Shown piece by piece: positions 39,549-52,579 of a stretch of DNA of 64,000 nt. Source of the stretch: Blepharisma stoltei ATCC 30299 (Eukaryota; Protista; Ciliophora); the NCBI GenBank assembly GCA_965603825.1, contig CBFDEM010000029.1, positions 248,001 through 312,000 of the forward strand, given 5' to 3'. The notes under the pieces were generated by a model. The model saw only the letters and a program-made list of their open reading frames with translations. It did no database searches and had not been told where the DNA came from. The stretch's first letter is position 1, and each line of letters begins with the position of its first letter. A program made the position numbers and the translations under genes.

Positions 39549-40487
39549 ATGAGAACTCTTGAAAAAAATATCCCGACTGGCAAAGAGGATGAGATTGAAT
39601 CTTCAAAGCTTAGCTGATTTATAAATATATTTCGCGATACCATAAGTGTAAACCTTGAAACTTTTAAAGTATCAACTCACAATATACCAATGCTAAATCA
39701 TATAGCTGAAAAAATTAGTGTGTGCCCATTTCCAGGCAATAAATCCCGATCACCTTTTTGGCTCTGTCTTTCAGATCATTCCCAAAGAAAAAGAGGGATT
39801 TGTCTGTCAATTAAATTTGGTTTGAAAAATTCCCCAAATAGTAGAATCCCATTCATCTTGGGGTTCTGCCATTTGGGAAATTAGTCTGCCCACATAATTT
39901 ATTAGACTAAGATAGGCTTAGAATGGACTGGCATTATGTTTCTCATCTCTAAAGAAAATACAATCAAATTTCTTCATAGAGCTCCTCTAAAGCATAAATG
40001 TTTTACAATTTATTATCAAAATTTTATCTATTTTATTGGGAATAATTATGTTGAAAGGCTAAATTTAACTACTTATAAATGGGAAATACTAATAATAAGC
40101 CTTTGAAATAGTGTTCAAGTTGTTGGGGCTTCATTGAGTAATATGATTTTGATTTCAGGCTACTCTTTAACTGGTATTTATGCATTAGATTTGCTTACTT
40201 TATCTACTTCTCGATGCTTTATCAGGTTTGATGACTGTAGGATGAGAACGCTTTGCACTGTAAAAGATGTGGCTTATTTAATTGATTTTTCTGGAAAGAT
40301 ACTACGAAGTGGCATAAATAATCCTTTTAGTTGAGAAATCGTTGGGGATTGAAGTCCTGATAGCTTAATAATGTTTGAATATAGAGCATTTTATAAGGGA
40401 TGCTGATATTTTTTTGTTGCGAGTGATCAGATCTATAAATTTGATTTTGATAAAGGAAAATATGAAATTATGAATTATGGTTTATAA
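39549..40487 (+). pseudogene. Kelch-like K6 disrupted by a foreign segment of about 160 nt
   Basis: Same frame on both sides, but 39745-39905 replaces the LFCYG block and contains two in-frame TAG. Confidence 0.65.
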
Positions 40488-40950
40488 TGTATTAAGCATA
40501 ACTTAATAGTTTATTATATTATGAAATTTTGAGTTTGGCTCACGTATTTAATGAGCTCCCCATTCTGATTATAAACATAGATGTTGTCACTTTGGAAACT
40601 TGGATAGTAGTTTTTGGCTTCTTTAATATTATTGTGCTCATATGTTTGCTGTGCAAAAATTATTTTAAAGCAATAATCTAGATTTTAACAAAGCAAATAT
40701 AAAAGAAATTTGAAGAAAAGATAGCAACGCATTTGAGTTCATATTCTGGCTCATTTTTTATGATATTTATAAATTTTAATACTAGATAGCGAGACTCTTG
40801 ATATAGTTGCAAGTGAGGCCAGCGTCACCTGTAAAGATTTCTTTTTCTCCAGCCTGAGGACTAGGCTGGATTAGCATTTTTATTAAAACCCTCAAAATTT
40901 TCCAAAAAAAAATGATTTACAAAAAAACTATTAAATCTTTATTTTTAACA

Positions 40951-43900
40951 TTATTCTAAATTTCTTTTTATCTCTTTCAGCTCATCTTCAATCACCACCA
41001 GCTTGCTTTCTACTTTTTCTATGTTATCCACCAGCACTTTTTCATCAGAATCCTCTTCTTCTTTTACCGACAAAGCCTGATGCTGTGGGATCCACATAAA
41101 ATCTTTTTTATCAATTTGTTCCCTGACATAACTTTCAAGGCCAGTATATTCTGTTTCTGCTTTAGTCTGTATATAAGCCATATATAAAATATAATTTCAC
41201 TCATTATGTTCATATAATGTATGATACCTGAATGGTTTATTGGTAACTCTTTCTATTAGATCTCTTTCCATACCACATATAAAGCATTTATTGTTCTTAT
41301 CTTCAGTGTCTCGTTCATGGGCTTCTCTTAAGACTGCAAAGGTATCAATAATGATACCTTGGACGATATTTAGCATAATAATCATGATAATTATGTTGTA
41401 TAAGTTGTCGTAGGCCAGTCTAGCTCAGTCAAGAGTACCATCAGTTGGTTGACCTAGATAGCCTCCTATTCCACCATTAGCTTTGAAGCCTTTATCCCAG
41501 ACGTTTACTGTACAATAATACAAGCTTGGGCAGTTATCATTGAACCAATTAGAAAATTTCCAATACCCGATCAAGCCAAAAATATAGACAATGACGATCA
41601 TAAATACAAAAGTAACAATCAGCGCTTTTCTTGGCATCGTAATAGACTTAATCACGTTTTGGAGTGAGGGGAACTGATAAAGCATGTCCATTAATAACAA
41701 AGAAAACCAAAAAGGGTGGTGAAAAGTCCCTAAGCAAGCTACTAATAAATACCCAAAATAATAATACACATTTACATCAGATGCTATCCATATTATGGTA
41801 CTAATAACCTGCTTAGACCTCCCAATGATTATTTTAAGCTTTGATGGGTTAGATTTTCAGAACTCATTGGTCAAGCTTTTACTTTTTCACCCTTTTATAG
41901 CCAAAATAAGTCCACTTTTCAACAAGAAAAACAGCACAATCAAGCAGCAGATCACGACCTGTATAAGACCAACAGTCTGTATAAGCCTTAATGTTTTTTC
42001 TGAATTTAAGCTGCCATCAGTATCATAGAAAAGGGATGGGTGGAATAAATTGTGGGTGCCATAGTAAGAATATGAAACGATAATAAAAAAATTCAGCAAA
42101 ATTGTAAGAATAAAGGCAAAATATCGCCAAAGCCAGACATTGGAAGCTAGGCTGTTGACAAGTGGGTATTTTGTAAAAAATTTTTGTATTTTGTATTCAT
42201 GGCTCATTTGTTCAGCAATTTCGGGGGCTTTTATGGCTAAGTAACGGAGCTTGGTTTGGTCTGAGGTGCGGTCAGCATCTCTTGAAAAGGTTTCTTTGAT
42301 TTCATTGCTAAGCCCTGAGAAGTCAGGAGGGAATGAAAAATAAACTTTTCTGATTTTCCCATTAAAAACGACTTCAACGTTTCCTGTATGTGTGTCAAAA
42401 AAGTCATAAGCGTCCTCTAATAACGTCTCTTTGTCAATTTCCACTGATTTATCATTGAATTGAGCAAGCTTTGCGACCCCAAAAACTGCGTCTTTTACTA
42501 GGGCCATCCCAAATTTGCCGAGACCTCCTATAAGTTTTGCACCAATAAATTGGTCACTTTCTTCAACCTCATCATTTTTAGGTAGTTCCTCGTCAATGAT
42601 TTCTTGGTTTTCAGGGTCATCGTTGTCTTGGAAATATTTCATTAAATGGTAAATCATAAATCCAGTCTCAATAATTACTCTAAAATATTCAGGATTTGTG
42701 TCTTGGGCGTTAACCACCCCAAACTGATATTCCTCATTTTTCATGTGATGGTTGAAAATTGCATAGTCATAGAGCTGCCCTTTATATAAGCGAATATAAT
42801 TTGCATAAATACTCATAAGGTTTTCCTTAAAAATTTCTATATTAAATGCTCTTATAAGCCTGCTCATCACATAATTGTCTTCTCTGCCTTCAAGCAAGCT
42901 TAAAATAGTAATCATACATTTATACTTTAAATGTGCAATCATCCACCCCCTACAAAGCTCATAATCCTCAGTTGACTCTTGAGACCTCAATGACTCCATC
43001 TTAGAAATTGAGCCTTCATCCTTAAAGCTCTCATATGGCTGTATACTTTGGCTGTTTTCGTCCAACGACAAAATACACGCTGCCAGCTCCAAAAATTTAC
43101 TATCAATAATCCTCTCTTGGTTTTGCTTGCAAGGACCTTGTATAAACTCAGTCAGCGCGTCTAGACATTGTGAAGTCACATGAAAATACTTGAAAAACAT
43201 TTTTTTAACTAGAATTTCTAATAAAAAAACTGTATCTTCTATCATATCAAAACTGTTTCTAGATTGGTCTTGGAACCTTATATAGTTCTGCAGCTGGTCA
43301 TTATGGTTTTCACATAGCAGCTGCAGAAGTCTTAAAATCTGCCCCATTTTTGGCTTTTCTGACTTAAAAATGGGCTTTCTCGTTATATCGAGGCCAATCC
43401 CATGCCCAATTTCTTCTAGACACTCTAAAAACAGCTTGTGGATTCTTTGGAAAAATGACTCAGAATTGGGGACTCTTACGAAAAACTGGTAAAATTCTTT
43501 TTGAACGTTGGGGTTTCCACCTTCTAATAGCTGTATCGAAAAGTCTAATAGTGCAATAAACATTTCAGGGTTTATTTCAGACTCAGACATCAAGGTAAGT
43601 GCCATTCTGCCAGCTCCAAAACCATTAAGTTTATTTTGGATATTTTCTTTAATAAGGTCAGGATCATCATATTCTCCACAAATAGGGTTTTCTATTAGCG
43701 ACCCTAGCAGTTTGATAGCTTCCACAATTACTTCTACAGAAGTCTGCTGAGACCGGCTATTTCTAACAAAATTCACAAGTGTTTGTGCAATTGAGTCAAA
43801 CGTTAAGTCAGGATCTAGCTCATGAGCATACATTAAGGCTGCTCTCAGTGCTTTTTGCTCAAGCAGCAGGGGTTCTTTGAATTCTTCATTATATATAAAT

Positions 43901-46900
43901 TCTTCTTTAACGGTATCCCAATGCTTTGACTGCTCAGTTGAGATGCTACTTAATTGATAATGAGTTTTATATCTTGCTACCCTTTCTGACTCATTTTCCT
44001 TTACGTTTTCTATTTCATCTGATATAAGAATGTCAGCTTCTTCATATGCGATAGGCATAAATTCTACCTTAAATTGGCTGCATAATGACATTACAGCTTC
44101 CAGCAGCTTTTCTGGCATTTTTCTTTCAGAAAAATGATGGCGGTGCTCACACAGTGCTTTTGCAAAAGACTCGACTGCAATAAAATCGTCTTTATCTGAA
44201 TAAATTTCTCGGTTGTTTATATATGATAAGCTATATTTATTCAATATTTTGAGCCAGATTAATAAAAACTGTACATAATCTTTATCAAAAACGTCTATAA
44301 GGTCTATAGCTTCAGACTGTCTATTAATATAAGCAATAAAATCTTTTGACTCCTTTAGATCGTCAACGATTTTTTCACAGTCAAGATAAATATTAAAAAA
44401 AAGCTCTAGGATAGGGATTTTCAATATATGATAAGGACTAGTTTTGTCTTCAGCTTGGATTAAAAGATTGAAAACTTTAGGCAGTTTGACCATTTTTTGG
44501 ATCCTGGCTTCGTTCATATACATCCCACTGACCCCAAGCCCACATTTAGATAGCACTTTGAACAGTTTGGCGTGGTAGGCAAAAGGCATGTCTCTATAAG
44601 TCCATGACGATTTTTCGTTTTCTTCAGGCTCAAAGCTAAAATTCGGCTCTGGTTCGTCATCCATATATAGTAGATATCTGTTAAATTCTTCTTTCACAAA
44701 TAGCCTAATAATGATTCTCTGCATTTGTGGCACTGGCTTTCCTTTAGCGATTTGGATAGTCTCAAAAAATTCAAGAAATTCAGGCTGTCTCCCTTCTCTG
44801 TATATCAATTTTTTGAATTTTCTAATGATATCCTTGGTTATTTTTAGGATTAATTCAGGATTATCTCTGAAAATTTCACAAATTAAAGGGATTTGTTCAA
44901 CATTAATTCGCAAGTACTGCAAAAATACATGCAAATGCTTGTGTAGCCTTTTTTGATTTTTGGAGTGTCCATATACAAATCTTCGGAGAATTTTGTGGCA
45001 TTGGGTGTATAAGCCGCCAATTTTATTTCTGGGCTCATTTAGGTTTTCGTCAGCGGAGTCATATAAACTTACTAGTGTGTGCATGCCATCTTTTAATAGA
45101 GTGATAATAAGCTCATGGACGCCTAAATAATACATTATATCTTGTCTTGACTTTGAAATCGTCTCTTTTTTTCCTAAGGTTATTTGGTCTCCTCCAATAA
45201 TGCTATCTTCATAAAATAAATCACAAAGCTCCGTCAAAAATTTCATTACTTCTTCAAACTTCCTTAGGTATTTTATCCTTGTAGAATCATTTCTTTTCCA
45301 ATAATTCAGCCACAGCTCGCTTTGTTCACTGTTTTGTCTGAATTTATTGATATTTCCTCGCAGCCACCTCAATAAATTCATGTCTTCTCGAGAGCTGATA
45401 GCACATAGCCTTTTTACTGATATTAAAAACTCTTCACGCTGCTTAAAACATCTGATTATAAGATTTAACGTGTGAGCTTGAAGCTTATAATGATTAGAAC
45501 AGACAAAAGTTTTAAGCAAACTCCCTATTATTGGAGTACTAGAAATGCAATTTAAATCAGAAATTTCAGGCTTATAGTAATTCTCAAATCCATGTGAATA
45601 TATCTGACTTAAATGGCTCTGCAAAGTAGGGCTGTTATTTAAGTCAGCAATTTTCATAACATTTGGGAGAAGCTTTTTCAGCTTTTTTGATAAATTTTCT
45701 GATTTAATTTCGGATTGTTTATTAAACCAGCTTGAAATATTGAAAACTAAAAAGTCTTGACGTCAGTCCATGTAATAATGCATTATTTTGCAGATTTTTA
45801 TTTTTATTTTGTTCTCATAGTCAGTTTTTTCAAGGATTACATAATTCTGTTGCAAAGCCTGCAAGAAATTTCTTAAATTTAAAGCACCTCGGATAATTGG
45901 GTCTGATAAGCTGGCTGGATCATTAAGGAGCGCTGATAAAAAAGAATTTTTTGAAAGTTTTTTCTTCTGCTTATCTGCAAGTAATCTTGATTTTTTTTTG
46001 GAAAGGGATTTGCTTTTGGTGTTTGAGCTGCTTTGTGCATTGTAAAAATAGATGTGATTTATAGAGGACAGGAACTTAATCATATCCATCTTTTTCTCAT
46101 TAAAATACGGATTTTCTGGGTCACTAAGAATAGTCCCATTCTCTAAATTTGTGCAGACTGCTCCATAAATATCAAACCTAAACATTTTGTCACTAAGTTT
46201 TAACATTTCTAATGTAAGCACATCATATTGAGGTCTCAGATACTGATAATTGAAAAATTTCAATAAATTCATGCTCAAAATATGAATCCACCTATCTTCA
46301 TCTTTTATTTTATTGATGCTTTCTTCAGTTAGCGGAGAAATAGAGCTTGATGAAAACCTTTGGAAAAAATTTCTTGGCTTTTTTACCTTATCAAAAATAT
46401 TTTTTTTCTCTTGATCTGTGATTGGCTCAAAACTTTTCACAAAATCAATGTTTTCTTCACAAAATCGGGTATCTGCTTTATCCTCCCACGCATGCCTTCC
46501 TCTCAATCTCAAAACTTTAATCAGCTCAGGCCGTTTTATTTCTTCCCTTGGGAAAGCATCAACATGTATTGTCAAAATAAGTCTACAGAAAGCTGCCCTA
46601 ACTTTTTTGCTGATATCAACATTCCATATCATATTCTGCAAGACTTCTGAAGAAAAATGGTCTTTTAAAGACTCTGTGCATAGAAAATTCCTGCCAATAC
46701 ATAAGCAGCCAAACAGCTCTAAAAGTTTGGTAAAATAAATTATTTCTGCTGAATGGTTAATAATTTTCCCGTCTCTAAAGCAGCTATCTAAAGAAATCAA
46801 GTCACTTCTAGTCTCTCCTAGAGAAATATAAAGGTTTCCTTCACATTCAGATACAGGAATTAACACTTTTTTATATATTTTAGGGCTTGTAAAAATACTT

Positions 46901-48909
46901 TCAAACACTTTTTCCTGATTAACCGTGACTCCATCTCCTTTATGGACACAAATAGTTTTTAAAAATTCCAAAATTTCTGGCTTTTTGGTTCTATAATTCT
47001 GCTTTAAAAGCCACGCAAAATGCTGGATAAGGTTTTTTGACTCAGAGGTTGTAAAAGTGTCATGGAGCTCTAATAATATTTTTTCATTATCTTTTACTAT
47101 TTCATGCATACATTTTGTAGCTCCTAGATTTAGCCCAACGTGTTTTACAAAAATTTTAAAAAAATCGCAGGCGTAAATTTGATTTTCCATATTTTTGTGG
47201 CAAATAGCTGAAATCACAGAATAAGCTTTTTCAGTAATGGACTTCTGTAGGGTAATTTTTATCATTTCAATTGATTTAAAATCGTTTTTAGCTTCTTCAA
47301 CTTCTTCCCCATAGGATTTTTCTGCTGTATTTATCATTTTTACGCGTTCTATTTCTTCATAGGAAATAAAAACATTTTTTAAAATTTCTGTTAAATCCTC
47401 GAAAAATCGCTGCTCACGGAGAATTCTTTGCCTTGCTCTTTGCACTTGGCCGTATTGATTGTCTAGCCCCACCATACTTTTTAGCTTGTTTTTACAAAAC
47501 AGTTCAAGATCGTCTAAACATTTTTCAATTAATTTCAAATACTTTTCATATTCCCTCATAGCTTTTGGACCTCTGCTCAGCACATCTGCATTTTTTGCCA
47601 TAAATTCAGGGAAACTTTGTAATATTGGCTTACAGTTTAGTAGAAACAAAGTTTCCCAGGCAACTTCTCCATTTGCCCTAGAGACTTTAAAATAAGTCAA
47701 ATCATCAGAAAAAAATTCCACCACAGGTGAAAACGAGGTCACATTATTGGCCGTTATCACTTTTCCTGTAATAGTCGCCCCACTGATGGTTGCATTGACA
47801 ATTTTGCAGTGCTGCTCTGAATTCAAAAAATAAACCCCGCTTTTGCTTTCAAGCGGAATAAACATCCATAAGGAATTCGGGTGAGTAATAGGCTTCAGCA
47901 TAACTTTATGATTAATTTCGCCTACAATTTTGGTGACTGTTTTTAAAACTAAATATTTTCCAGTAGACATATGTTTCAATCTATATTTATTTCCAATCTT
48001 CACAAGTCCTCCTACATGTAGATCTTCTCCTTCTATCATCCAAAGTCCATTAGTATCATTTAAATTGTCACTGTAAATTACTTTAGGGTTGATATCTTCT
48101 TTATGGAACATTGATAAACAGACACCTTCTTCTGTCCTAGAAAGCCATACATAATTCCCACATGCAAGCAAATGTGCGCCTTTTTTTTCGACTGGGGCGT
48201 ATAAGTCAATGGCCCATTTGGTTTTTTGGTCTAAGGAGGCATTGACTTCTTGGACTACAAGCTGAGATACAGAAAAATCAATAGAAAGTCTGCTCATTGG
48301 AGGGATTATTAAAGGTCCTTTGCTCGCATGCAAATAAGCTGCACGGTTCAGTTCTGGTACCATAAGCTCAAATAGTACTTTATCTTTAAGCCTTACTAGC
48401 CCACTGCCTTCTTTCTGATACTTATAACTCGGCTCAATCCTGAAATGGGAATACTCACTACCAAAATCTTCCAAAGTCAGCCTAAAATTTTCCTTTTCGG
48501 ATTCTGCTGACGTCTTGCTTTGCAATGCCAAGAACCGATGGGAATGAATGTGTTCCAGCTGAACTAAAGACCCATATTTGATAGCTTCCCCTTTAAAAGT
48601 GTTATAAGTGTGGGTATTTGTCTTGATTTCTCCGTCCAAGCTGTCTTCAAGCCTTTCCAGCTTTTCTGCTTGGACTATCCCATTTGCGTCTGAAATATAA
48701 CGAAGGATTTCTTTTTGGGTAGAATACTGACACTGTGGAATTATACGAAAAACTGCTCCGATGAAATTTGACTCAATTTCGGTAAAAGGCTGCAGAAAGG
48801 GTGTGGTTTCGATGAAGCCTTGAGAGTAGATGTAGTAGTTGTCAAGAGTTTTGAGGTTTATGAGGGAACCGTAGTGTAAAAAGCGGGTTGAGTTGATATC
48901 TTTGTCCAT
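40951..48909 (-). CDS. IP3 receptor/ryanodine receptor-type calcium-release channel (2652 aa)
   Basis: Five ORFs join in frame through TGA. LHYGSLINL and MIR/trefoil region, RARQRILREQ, LQLLCENHN, LTEFIQGPC, TM region, pore NGGIGG, NIVQGIIIDTF, CFICG, HNE-W-NY, TEYTGLESYV. Confidence 0.95.
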
Positions 48910-49689
48910 AAATATTAAGCTGGATTAATTAGAATAACGCAAGTTGTTACTGGAGTTTTTTTATTTGATGAGAATTAAATTGGTAAGAGATATGGAGAGA
49001 CTTTATAGGTTTAGAAAATAAATTATAGCGAATTCTGGCTTTAGAATTTTAATAGAAAATCAGATTTTAGGGAAAAATTAGAAATTGTTTAGCCCATAAA
49101 AGAAACCATTCAATTGCTAATTTTTGAAATCACTAGATTTCCTTCTTCATCTTTTTAAGTGCAGAATCCTATCAGACCCCTCTTATACTTTTCAAATGAC
49201 CCTTAATTGCTTTAGCTCAGCATAAATATGAAACGAAAATAATAATTTCCCTTTATTTAAACGAACTTATTAGAATATTTAGTACTGGAAAATTATTAAC
49301 CTTCTTTACGCGCTGATATATTTTGACAGTCTGGAATATTTCTACTTGAGCATCTCAAGAATAAAAAAATCACATGTATTTACACCAATTCTTTAAAATT
49401 ATAAACGAAATTATATTTTTGACTTAAAATTCCATAATTATATGGTAATTTGTTTTTTTTATTGTGCATAATCAAACTTCATTTATTTGTCAGATCTTCC
49501 ATTTATTCAACGTTTTAAATAGGAGGAGAAGTTGACAGCCAAAAAATAAACTATGATTGAGTTGGAATTTATTTAATAACATTATTTTGATTTCAGTCTG
49601 ATATTTTACAGATATTTTAACATTAGATTAGCTTATTTTATCTTGATACTTTATAAAGCCTCAAATTTATGAGGAAACAGAATGCTTTG

Positions 49690-50294
49690 CGCTGCAAAAA
49701 ATGCAGCTTATTTAATTGATTTTTTTGGAAAGATATTTTAATAGCCTTTTTAATTGAAGAGTCACGGATAATTGAATACCGAACATCTCATAATATTCAA
49801 ATATAAAGTATTTTATAAGAATTGTTGGCATTTTATTATGATGCATAATAAAGTCTATAAATTTGATTTTGATAAGGGGAGTTTTGGAAAATATTAATTG
49901 AATCACATATAAGTTTTAACCTATATATAAGCATATTAACTTCTTTGAGCGGCATAATATTAGTTTCAGGCTATACATATAATGATATTTTTGTGTTTGA
50001 TTTATTAATCTTATCTTTTTCTGCATGCTGTATGAATTTTAAAGGCAATACAACTAAATTGCTTTGCAGCTATGAAAATTGTGCATATTTGATTGATTTT
50101 TCAGGTAAAGTATTTCAAAGTGAGATCAATAACCCTTTAGCTGAAGCATTATAGAAAATTGAAATCCAAAAAATTGAATAACGACATATGGACATAGAGC
50201 GTATTATAAAGATTGCTGGTATTTTTTAGCAAGTATTGAAAAAATTTTTAAATTTGATTTAAGAAAAAAGGAAATAGAAGAGGTCCATTTCTAA
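49690..50294 (+). pseudogene. Two degenerate C-terminal kelch-like fragments
   Basis: The AYLIDF-G and FDL blocks occur twice, with stops and no N-terminus. Start approximate. Confidence 0.55.
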
Positions 50295-50478
50295 AAATAA
50301 ATATTTTTTGGACTAAAATATATAGCTTTGATTCAAGTGATTAATTTAGTTACAAATAATTAATCTATATTTTGCTTCTTATTTCTTTTTATTTTTTAGA
50401 TTTCCACATCTGCTCTTAAATGGTTTCCTTTGCACGGCAGAGAAGAGCAGGCATCAAACTTTTAGATATTCCAATTGA

Positions 50479-51688
50479 ATGAAAATATTGGAAAATCCTT
50501 TGCCATACAATCAAGAAAGCGAAATCGAAACATCCAAAATTAGCTGATTTTATGATGAGACCTCTGATCTAGTAGAAGTTGATCTTGAAAATTTCAAGAA
50601 AACTATTCACAGACTTCATCTTCCTGAAACTATGATTGACGAAAGAATTTGTATTTGCCAATCGTAATAAAATAAAAAGCTTCGGATGATAAGAGAACTT
50701 TACTATCAATTATATTTTTATAGGGTTAAGTTTATATAGGTGCCTCTTTTTTATAGGAAACAATGGCGAAAATTTTCTTATTTCATTCCAGAAATAGTTT
50801 TCACGATTTTCCAATGCTGGATGAAATACATGATCTTTATACCAAACAAGAAAACAGACAGTAACGAAGCAACGGACGAAGCCGCTAGTGTCTCGAAGTA
50901 ATGTGAACTCTCAAAATATCCTCAAGGTAGTCAGATGAAGTGATTCAGCCAACAGACCGTATATAGGCGACTAAAACTAAGAAAAGGTCTTTAATGACTT
51001 TATCATCGACAGACTAAACTAAAGTAAGTCAATAATTATATATGCATGCACTTTTTGTCAATTGCCAGATAATAAGCTATTTTGTTATGGAAACACGATA
51101 GATTGGGAAGATTTGAGTGGAATTACTTTTATTGTTAATAAAAATTATGAAGTTCAAGTTCTCCCTACAGGGACACCAAGCTTGGGATTTTTTGGAACTT
51201 ATTACAAAAATTGCGTTTATGTTTTTGGAGGTGAAGATGCTGAGAGATTTAATCTAGATAAGTGAATATGGGAAAAATTGGTAAAGTTTCCAAGTAGCAC
51301 TCGTTGGTGCTCTTCTACCTTCTTGAATGATATAATTTTGGTTACAGGATACGATTGGGACAAAATATTTGCTTTGGATTTATTGACTTTGTCTTTTTCT
51401 TCATGCCCTGTTTCCTTGCTTTTATATCAAACAAAATTTCTTTGTAATTTTGAAGATTCAGCTTACTTAATTGAATATCCTGGAAAAATTCTTGAAAGTG
51501 GCAAAAATGACCCTTTTGATTGAAATTTTATAGGAAATTTTTTTAGTTCGGAGGAGGAAGGAGGATTTATAGGACGTAAGGCTCTTTATAATAAAGCATG
51601 ATATTTTTTGACTTGAGACACAGAAATTATAAAATTTGATTTAGAAGAAAAGAATATTATAAGAATTAATTTAACACCTACATATTAA
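50479..51688 (+). pseudogene. Kelch-like K7 interrupted by a 400-bp insertion, otherwise intact
   Basis: Close paralog of K8; removing 50663-51062 gives ...ICQLPDNKLFCYG... in frame to TAA 51688. Confidence 0.8.
50663..51062. mobile_element. 400-bp insertion with imperfect 9-bp direct repeat (TTTGCCAAT/TTTGTCAAT)
   Basis: Absent from paralogs K8 and K9; repeats at 50654-50662 and 51054-51062; no TIR or poly-A seen. Confidence 0.7.
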
Positions 51689-51765
51689 AGAGATTTTTAC
51701 TTAGCAAATTTTTATATATGATGATAGACATTCCAATTTTTTTCTATTTATTATAAATTTCACAT

Positions 51766-52539
51766 GGTGATGAAGTATGCAACTGTATTCTTGCTGCCGA
51801 AATGTGGAAATGATGTCAATCCAGAAAATCTGAGGCTGATAATGATAGTAAATTCAATTTTTAAACTATTCGACAAAATCTTTAATAGCAGGCTGACTTC
51901 GGATATCAGAAGTAAAGGTATCATGCATCAGGCCCAAGGTGGATTCGTAATGGATAGGTGTTGTATTGACCAAATCTTCATTTTGTAAACCATAATTGAA
52001 AGCAGAAGGATGCAGAGCAAGAACACCTATTGCACATTTTTAGATCTGAAAAAGCGTTTCATTCTATAGACAGGAACGTATTACTTGAAACTATGGCTAA
52101 TAGAGGGGTGGACAGGAAGCTGGTTGCGTTGGCTGCTGCGATCATGAAGGGGGAAGAGAGTTGGATAGCCATGAATGGGACGTCTTTTGGGCGAATTAAT
52201 GTGAGCAGAGGAGTGAGACAAGGTGGTTATTCTCCTATTTGCTTCAATCTCATTCCTAATAAATGGCTTGATGGTTGAGGAGCGAGGCTTGGGAGTTAGT
52301 GTGGGAGGTACGAGAATTGGAATCTTACTATATGCTGATGATATAGCTGAAGACTTGAGAATGCTGATAGAGCTAATTGCTGTTACTGAACTGTTAGCAA
52401 AGAAGTACACAGAAAACTGGATGGTGAGAATGATCTAGAAAGAAATGGAGGAATGGACATGTCAAAGTTTTATTTATTCATTAATGAAGATAAAAGAGAA
52501 AAATGCTGGAATCAGATTTAAATTAACGTAGTAATAATA
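51766..52539 (+). mobile_element. 5'-truncated, decayed non-LTR retrotransposon (RT fragment, possibly RTE-like)
   Basis: RT motifs LLPK...NLRLI...KLFDKI, QGGF, FLDL/KAFHSI, RGVRQG, LLYADDI with a stop and frameshifts; 3' tail GTAGTAATAATAA; 13-bp TSD ATAAATTTCACAT at 51753-51765 and 52540-52552. Confidence 0.9.
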
Positions 52540-52579
52540 ATAAATTTCACATAAAATTGAATTTAATTGTTTTATAAAA

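Noticed and set aside
4297-48909. Mass pseudogenisation or selenocysteine at TGA
   Set aside because: TGA maps to conserved Trp, not Cys, in essential genes.
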